From NCBI GenBank assembly GCA_964016885.1, contig OZ024743.1, forward strand, positions 109,802,001-109,866,000: a DNA stretch of 64,000 nucleotides, in the 5' to 3' direction. The notes beneath the pieces were generated by a model. The model saw nothing but the letters and a program-made list of their open reading frames with translations, searched no databases and was not told the origin of the DNA. This DNA comes from Eledone cirrhosa. Its lineage: Eukaryota. A program made the translations under genes and the position numbers. How positions within the stretch are numbered: position 1 is the first letter of the stretch; the number at the start of each line of letters is the position of its first letter. Positions 55,450 to 64,000 of this stretch are shown here, piece after piece.

Positions 55450-58400
55450 TCCTCGATAAGAGTGTTTAAATATCGAACATAAACAGTTCGAATAACGGTG
55501 AAATGGAGACTAGAACGTCATGTGACAGACTCTCACCCAACAGGTGCCCCCTGGCTCAGCAGCAGGAACCTGACTGTCAATAAAATACTGCTGATGTTGG
55601 AGGAAGAAGAAGAAGGAAAGGGGCCAGAACCAACTGGACGAAAGAATTGAATAGAACTGTTATGCAATGCTACCTGAAGAGTAACCTCAATGAGAGGGGC
55701 TACAGGAGACGGATGCATAACATCTGGAACGAGATTGGTCTATTTAAATTAGATGAACAAAAATTGGCCGGGCAGGCTCGGGAAATAAGAACTAATGGGT
55801 GGATAAGCGAGCTGGAACTGGAGGAACTGAGCAGAGAGAATGGCTTGGAGATGGCGGGTGTAGTATGCCAGACAAGCGAGCCAGTGGGAAATGAAGGTGA
55901 AGAGGTCCTGAGAACGGAGGAACCACCCGAAGCAGACAATGATCTGAATACTGAGATAAATAATACCTGGAACAGAGATACGGCCACTGAGGAGATGAAT
56001 GCTGACGGGCTAGGACAAGATTCGGTTGACATCCTAAATTTAGTGGTAGATGAATTGAACAATGATAGTGGGAGACCTATGAACCTAAGATTTGTAGACA
56101 GGAAAAAGTTCAAAGAAACAACAGCTAAGGTAAACAAAGTCATACCATACCTTGAGGCGAGGAGCCTTCACCAGTGCAACAATATCCTCAAAGCAACAGC
56201 AAATACGGTGAGGAAACTACTTGGTATAAAAGCGAGAGGAAACAACAGACAAGAAAGAGCAGAGCCGTGGTGGAAGAAACGACTGAGTGGGCAAATCGGG
56301 GAAATGAGAAATGACATAGGAAAGCTTGAGTCACTACTGAATGGGACACTAAAAAACATAGGCACTAAAAATAGACTGGAAATAAAGTACAAAACTAGGA
56401 GGAAAAAGCTAAATATTATCATAGAGGAACTGAAGCAACGCATTGTAGCAAAGAGTGCAAAAATCAGGCGATACGAGAACAGAGTCAGTCAGTATAAACA
56501 GAACCGCATGTTCGACAACAACCAGAAGATGCTGTTTGGACAGCTTGAGGGGAAAGAAAGAGGCAACGACTTGATCCCTGGGGCGGAGCAAACTAAAACA
56601 TTCTGGAGAGGAATATGGGAGCAGGATGTTAGACATAATGTCCAGGCAGGGTGGATTGAGACAGTACAGAGGGAGATCGGTGAGCAGGCACACCAACAAA
56701 CTGATTTGAGTATCACAGTTGAAACTCTTAAGGGGCAGGCCAAAAAATTAACCAACTGGAAATCACCAGGCCCAGATGGTGTGCAGGGGTATTGGATTAA
56801 AAATTTAACATCCCTCCACCCGAAGCTGACGGCCATGTTCAATGACTGCTTGGTGTCGGGTGAGGTGCCAGAGTGGTTGACAAAAGGTACCACAGTTCTG
56901 ATAATGAAAGACCGAATCAAGGGTAATGATGTTACCAACTATAGACCTATCACATGTCTGTCCGTAATGTGGAAACTGTTGACGAGCATTGTGTCTGAGG
57001 AAATCTACCATCACCTCCACACAAACAACTTGTTACCGGACGAACAGAAAGGATGCCGAAAGAAGTCACGTGGTACAAAGGACCAGTTACTTATTGATAA
57101 GATGGTAATGGGGAATTGCAGCAGGAGACACACTGATCTTGCCATGGGATGGATAGACTACAGAAAGGCATTTGACATGGTGCCTCGTTCTTGGATCAGC
57201 AAAAGCCTGGAGATCTTCAGGGTAGCAGATAACATCAGACAGTTTCTGGGCAGGAGTATGGGGTCCTGGGAGACAGAGTTGACATCAACTGGAGTATCCT
57301 TGGGAAGCGTGAAGATCAAGAGAGGTATCTTCCAGGGAGATAGCCTGTCCCCTCTGTTGTTTGTCCTTGCCCTGATGCCCTTGACCATTATGCTGCGAAA
57401 AGTGAGAGCAGGATACAAGTTGGGAAAGGGAGAGCTTACCATCAATCACCTCCTCTTCATGGACGATCTTAAGCTCTTCGGGAAAAGTGAGAAGGAGTTG
57501 GATGTGCTTCTTGACACTGTCCGTATTTTCAGCAGTGATATATGTATGCAGTTTGGTATTGGTAAATGTGGAGTCAATGTGATGAAGAGGGTTAGGTTGG
57601 GCAGAAGTAGCGGGATCCAGATACCAACAGGTGAGATGATAAAGGAAATTGACTCTGAGGAAGGATACAAGTATTTGGGCGTTCTGGAGGCTGATTGCAT
57701 AAAGAACAAAAAAATGAAGGACTTGTTAAGAACTGAATACATTCGGAGAGTAAGGAGCGTATTGAAGTCACATCTGAACAGCAGAAATGCCATAAGCGCA
57801 GTAAATTCCCGAGCTGTGTCTATTATTAGGTACAGTGCGGGAATTCTGAGATGGAATGTTGCTGAACAAAAAGAAATGGATAGGAAGACTAGGAAGTTAT
57901 TGACTATCTACAACATGTTCCACAAGAGGAGTGATGTCGATAGACTCTACCTAAGGAGATCTGAGGGTGGAAGAGGTCTTATCAGCATAGAGGACTGTGT
58001 TCAGCTGGAGAAAAACAACCTATACAAATATGTGACCTATAGTAAGGAGCCAGTGCTCAGAACTGTACTGAAGGAGGGGACAGTAGGCCAGGGTATGTCC
58101 AAGGAGGAAATAACATAAAGGAGGAAGAGCAGCCTTAAGGGAAAATCCCTTCATAGTACCTTCTTTGAGAAAACTGAATTTAGAGATCCACAGACATGGA
58201 ATTGGTTGAGAAGAGGATACCTCAAAAAGGCTACAGAAGGAATGCTAATGGCTGCGCAGGAGCAGGCCCTCAAAACGAAGTGGTTGAAGCACCATATTTA
58301 CAAGGAGGAGGCTAGCCCACTGTGCAGGATCTGTGGAGAGAGAGAGGAGACTGTGGCTCACATTGTGTCCGAGTGTAAACACCTAGCCCAGACCCACTAT

Positions 58401-58995
58401 AAGGGCTGGAGACACGATGTGATGGGCAGGGTGATCCACTGGCACCTGTGCAAAGTAAACAATTTACCACACTCTGAGAAATGGTATGAGCATAGGCCAG
58501 AGGCGGTGATGGAGAACAATCAGGTGAAGGTGCTGTGGGATTTTAGGATACAGACGGACAAAAAACTGGAACACAATAGACCTGACCTGGTGGTTGTGGA
58601 CAAAGAAAAAAGATCGTGTCTGATTGTGGATGTGGCCTGCCCTTTCGACACGAGAGTGCAAGAGAAGGAGAGGGAGAAAATTAACCGATACCAGGACCTA
58701 AAGTGGGAGGTGAAAAGGATTTGGAACTGCCATGAAGTCAAAGTGATCCCGATTGTCCTATGCGCACTGGGGACTATCTCCAAAAGTTTCCAGGGATGGT
58801 TAAAGAAAATCGGCCCCATCACGCTTTTTGGAACGCTTCAAAAGGCATGCTTGCTTGGAACAGCAAGAACACTCCGATACGTCCTGAATATCTGAGGCTG
58901 CAGGTAGTGGCTTGATATTCATTCCAACGGACTTTCCAGTTTACCAACATCAATGACTGAGATTCAAGGAATAACAACAATAATAATAATAATAA
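55450..58995 (+). mobile_element. Nearly intact R4/Dong-clade non-LTR retrotransposon (RT plus RLE)
   Basis: WKSPGPDG, NYRPITCL, WIDYRKAFD, GIFQGDSLSP, LFMDD; CRICG..HIVSEC, RHD, NRPDLVV..IVDVACP..K..Y..L; short 3' UTR ending in (AAT)n. Confidence 0.9.
55503..58895 (+). pseudogene. R4/Dong single ORF with two in-frame TAA stops and no frameshift
   Basis: ATG at 55503, the 823-aa ORF 55647-58118 and the 229-aa ORF 58206-58895 are all in the same frame. Confidence 0.85.
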
Positions 58996-59019
58996 TTATC
59001 TGTCTACAATATATAGAAA

Positions 59020-59632
59020 AGCCAAATAACAGCAATTTCACCACCACAACCTAGATACACCAACTACCCCCCCCCTCTGTGTACACTAAATACAGCAGCC
59101 AGATAATGGCAATTTCGCCACCACCTCCACCAATCGCAGCATAATAATAATTATTATTATTGTATCTCAAGTTTTCTCAAAATCTTTAATTCAAATATTA
59201 CGTGAGGCATAGAGTGTTATGGAATCGTTCCCGTAAGTTTTTGATTTTTAACATATAGAAAACAATTGTAATATAACAATTCTTAGTACAAATGGAACAT
59301 AAGCCACCAGTCTTAGCTCTCAGGAAATGTAGACCCATAACACCATGGCATATGGCTCAAATATTCAATTTTGTATTAGAAATTTGATATTCAAAAAAGT
59401 AATTGTTATAAATAGAAGAAAACCCCCTGTCTACACTAAATAGAACAGCCAAATAATAGCAATTTCACCACCACGGCCTAGATACACCACCTAACCCCCC
59501 ACTCTATGTGTACTCTAAATACAACAGCCATATAACGGCAATTTCACCACCACCACCACCACCAATCCCAGCATAATAAAAATAATAATTATTATTGTAT
59601 CTCAAGTTTTCTCAAAATTTTTATTTCAAGTA
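59020..59632 (+). repeat. Direct duplication of about 190 bp
   Basis: agccaaata..gcaatttcaccacc..ctagatacacca..attgtatctcaagttttctcaaaat at about 59020-59200 and 59445-59632. Confidence 0.8.
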
Positions 59633-60229
59633 TTAAAGAAATATGTCAACATGTATATTAAACATAGGCGACAAATCACATAGATATACAGATCAAATAA
59701 ACACAATACAGTAGTAATAGCTACAGTCGATTCTATTCAACATAATTTAGTGGCTACAACGCATTACTAAAGTACCATTATCCAAGCACCGTCGCCACCA
59801 CTCCATCATTGCTACCACCACTATTCCAACACTACCTTCTCTTAACTTAAGAAAGGGGCAGGTAGCAATAATACAAGACAAGAGAGCGGCTAACAAAATG
59901 TATGAATAGACGGATATAGTGACTCAGTCAAAAGTTAACTACTATGGTAATGAGTCCCCTACCAACAATAGAAAAAGCCCCAACACCACCGATAATACAA
60001 CGACAACAAGAGAGGCAACCTCAACAAAAAGTATATTATATTATTAATAATAATTTCTTTCTTAGCCATGCAGGGCTCACATTAAGGAACAACTCATGAT
60101 AATAACAATTAAAAAACAAAAACACCGTGACCAAAAAATACCGGGATAGTGACCGGCAGGGAATAGCCGTGTCTCTAGAGGAGGACGACCCCTCTAGTTT
60201 TGGTTGACACTCGCCTAGGAGTGGTAACA

Positions 60230-63005
60230 CGAAATGAATATCCACTGTCGGTTAAGGATAAAACGCAACAAAATCGGCCGTCACCCGGGTCACAAAGGGC
60301 CGCGTCCCTCAGAGAGGAACCAGACTGTGGTCGAAAAATCAGCTAATGGTTCAAACCTTCCCATCAATTCGGAGCTGGAGACCTCCCATAACCGGATACT
60401 CCTACTGTTGGCCTTCCATGCTCACCACCAATAAATCCAAAGAAAGAGAGAGAAAAATGGTCAAGGAAAGACAATAAAGAATTCCTTCAGGCTTTCTACA
60501 CTGCCATGTACTACCCATCAAATAGATAGAATACAGAACAGACGTATATCAACTGGAAAACGAAACATCCTGATAACCGAGACTATGTTGACAGTAACAA
60601 GCTAGCTAATATGCGAAGAAATGTTGTTAAGAAAATGTCACTAACTGATATAGAAATTAATCAGATCAAGCAATTAGCGCAGAGTCAGCGAAGGGGAAAT
60701 GAAACATGTGTCAGTGAAAACGAGGTAAATTGTAACACTTTAAATACCAGGCTTGGGGCGGAATCACTGACAGCAGAACCAATTAAAGAAAGGATCGAAA
60801 AAGTGGAAGGAGTGCATGCTCAAGATGAAACTCAAAATCTAAACATTACTGATCGAAATCATCTCTATTATGCATCGGCTAAAGTCACCACTCACTTATG
60901 CGGAGTGAAAAGGAAAAAAAACAAAGGAATTCCCACAAAAAAACCTACTTCGCAAGAGAACATCAATCGCCAAATAAACCTTCTCCGATCTGATATAGAA
61001 ATGTTTGCAAACTACGAAGTAGGTGAACATGTTGAACAAACTAAACTTAGAAAATTGAAAAGAAAATATAGGATGAAATCAACAAGTGACTTAGAGATGC
61101 TGATAGAAACAATCAAGCAAAAGGTGTCGGCCAAAGTAGCTCGTATAAGGCGCTTTGAAAAACGATCTAGATTCTATAAGGACAATAATATGTTCAAAAA
61201 CAACCAAAAATCTTCTACAGAAAAATGGCAAGTCAACAATAACTGCTAAATCAATACCACCCAAGGAGGAAGTGCAAGTATACTGGGAAAAGATCTGGGC
61301 CGAAGAAAAAGTTCATAATATACATGCCCGGTCGATAGACAGACAAATAAAAGACACAGCTCACCTTGAGGAATAAAACATAGGAAAATATAACAGTTGA
61401 ACATCAGCGTTTAGCTCTTAAAAAAATCCAGTAAATGGAAATCCCCGGGGAAAGAGAAAATACCAAATCTTTGGACAAATGCCTTCACAGAGTCTCATGA
61501 GCTGTTAGCCTAACTTTACAATGAAATGGTTAAGGAGCCAGAAAAGATACCATCATGGCTAGTTAACGGCATTACATTCCTGCTTCCGAAGAATGATGAG
61601 ACAAACAATCCAAAAAATTACAGACCGATAACTTGCTTGACCACAATGTATAAAATGTTAACATCAGTCCTAACTGAATATACATATGACCACCTGATAT
61701 CAAATGATTTGTTTCCCAATGAGCAGAAATGGTGTAAACGAGGCTCATATGGCAGTAAGGATCAGCTTTTGGTTAACAAAATGATACTGGCAGATTGTCA
61801 TAATACACACAAAAATCCATCAATTGCTAGGATGTATTACAAAAAAGCATTCGATAGTTTGCCACACAGTTGGATTGAAAAGTGTTTAGAGATTTTCAAA
61901 ATATCTCCCGTTGTCAGGAGGTTCCTGTGATTCAGTATGAAGACATGGAAAGCGACACTCCTTTTGAATAGTGCAAAAAGATCACTGGAGGCTGGAGAAG
62001 TTAATATTAATTGTGGATTTTTCAGGGTGACTCTTTACCACCGCTTTTATTCTGCATCGCACTTATACCATTAAGTAAAATGCTCAATGAAACATGGATA
62101 TAAAGTCTATGACAAAACCATTAATCACTTGTTCTACATGGATAACGTGAAACTATTTGCAAAAATCGATGAGGAATTGCAAGGACTATCCACTGTCAAG
62201 CAGTTCAGCGATGATATTAAAATGGAGTTTGGACGAGACAAATGCGCCAAAGCCACGTTCACGAGAGGAAAGCTGATATTAATATTGATCGGGGGAATGT
62301 GATAAGAGAACTTGATCAAGAGGAAACTTACAAATGTCTAGGTGTTTGTGAAGGAGACGGAATCAAGCACTCGACAATGAGGGAAAGGATAAGGAAGGAA
62401 TGTTACCGCAGAGTAAGAGCAATCTTAAGAATGGAATTGAATGCAAAGAATAGGATCGATGCCATAAACGGGTTTGCCATACCAGTAGTAACCTAAAGTT
62501 TCAATGTCATCAACTGGTCAAGCACAGAGATCCGTAGGCTCGAAACAAAAATTAGAAAATTCTTAACCATGCACAGAATGCATCACCCTAAAGCAGATAT
62601 CTCCCTAGGAAAGAAGGAGGACGTGGATTAATCCAGGTAGATATTGCTTTGAAAACTGCAACAATTGGATTATATACATATCTAAGGGAATCATGATTGG
62701 ATGATCAAACTCGTTTTGAAATATGAAAGAATCAAAAGATCATGCTCCATTACCAAAGATGCACAAAGATACCGTAATGAACTACACATTTCAGAAGTTC
62801 CATTTACTGCTGAAATGAAAAACACAGAAAGAGCAAAGCAGGTAAAAGTAACTGCAAAGAAAGAACTGCTACAGAAACTGGCTAAGAAAAAAAAGAAAAG
62901 CCTCTGTATGGAAAGTACCCAGAAATTGGCATCCTCTGGACTGAAATCGGAGACTGAAGGATTGTTTATATCAGCACAACATCAGTGTCTGCCAACAACA
63001 AATTA
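60230..63005 (+). mobile_element. Decayed R4/Dong-clade LINE of a second family, interrupted by a DNA transposon
   Basis: NYRPITCLTTMYK, YKKAFDSLPHSW, HLFYMDN, GLKSETEG; many stops and frameshifts. Confidence 0.85.
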
Positions 63006-64000
63006 CATTGTGTAACATATTTTGTGTTCCTCGGTTCTAAGTGTCATTTCATAGTTTGTTATATCCCATTATTATTAAAAAAAAACACTATTATTTAATC
63101 AGAAGTTTGGGTTTGTTATCAGGAGTTTGATATTTCAAAATGTTCCTATTTTTCAAGAGATAAGACATTTTTTTTAAATGTACCACTTCATATAATTAAA
63201 TCAAGAGTGTATATATTTATTTTATTACACAAGCTTATAAAAAGCAAACAAGTAAAAACATATAACTCTTATAAAGCATCTTATATAACGTCAGAAATGA
63301 CTGGATATCCTGGATTTGGGGTTGTAGTCCAGGTCGCATTCCCGTACTAGCCCCCAGATATAGTCCCCCATCATTTTTTCATTGTAGTGGCCCTGGTACC
63401 ACCGCTCTATCTCTTTCACATCTTGGTTGAATGGTTCGCCTTGTTCTTCTGAATAGACGCCCATATTGTCCTTGAATCTTTCCAGGTGAGCGTCCAGCAT
63501 ATGGAGTTTAAGCGACATCCTGCAACCCATGGCGCCAAAGGCCTTTATCAGATCCTGTACCAGTTGCTGGTAGTTTTCAGCTCTGTAGTTGCCCAGGAAG
63601 CCCTTAACAACTGCTTTGAAACAGTTCCATGCTGTTCTCTAAATCCTATTGAGCTTATTGGAGAACTCGGTAGACTCAAACACTTTCTTTATGTGGGGTC
63701 CAAAAAAAATTCCATCTTTGATGTTGGCCTCAGATAACTTGGGGAAGAACTCAAGAAGGTACTTAAAAGCGGCTGATTCTTGGTTGAGAGCCTTCATAAA
63801 CTGCTTCATCAACCCCAACTTAATGTGCAGTGGCGGCATGAGCACAATCCTGGGATCAGCCTGTGGATCCCACATGACGTTCTGGGTCCCAACTACAAAT
63901 TCTGTTCGCTGCTCCCAGTTCTTTCTTTTGTAGTGGTCAGAGGTGGCTCTGCTGTCCCAAAGGCAGAGGAAGGATTGAAAGTTGATAAAGCCTCTTTGGA
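63006..64000 (-). mobile_element. Chapaev3-type DNA transposon, second copy (runs off the window)
   Basis: Reverse-complement homolog of 25510-26497; terminus CATTGTGTAACA preceded by TTA; PPLHIKLGLMKQF, SEEQGE. Confidence 0.85.

Overview
AT-rich, microsatellite-dense eukaryotic DNA made almost entirely of transposon-derived sequence. The tRNA-derived SINE resembles the common octopod SINE, so an octopod cephalopod is inferred from recall, not a search. Contents: Penelope-like elements (PLEs; RT plus GIY-YIG, Neptune-like and Naiad-like) and many PLE 3'-end fragments in (TA)n tracts; two tandem Tx1/L1-clade LINEs plus three fragments; a nearly intact and a decayed R4/Dong LINE; a CRE-clade fragment; two Chapaev3-type DNA transposons; a non-autonomous Helitron; a mariner-type MITE; and six SINEs. 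The only host-gene-like sequence is a low-complexity exon ending in the start of a KCTD1/KCTD15 BTB domain (52893-53896). It has an in-frame TAG and an AT where a GT donor is expected. Main signals: about 13 type I hammerhead ribozyme motifs (3 with intact cores), and a recurring tail-out foldback architecture of PLE 3' ends anchored in (TA)n. Most long ORFs in the track are microsatellite or antisense artefacts.
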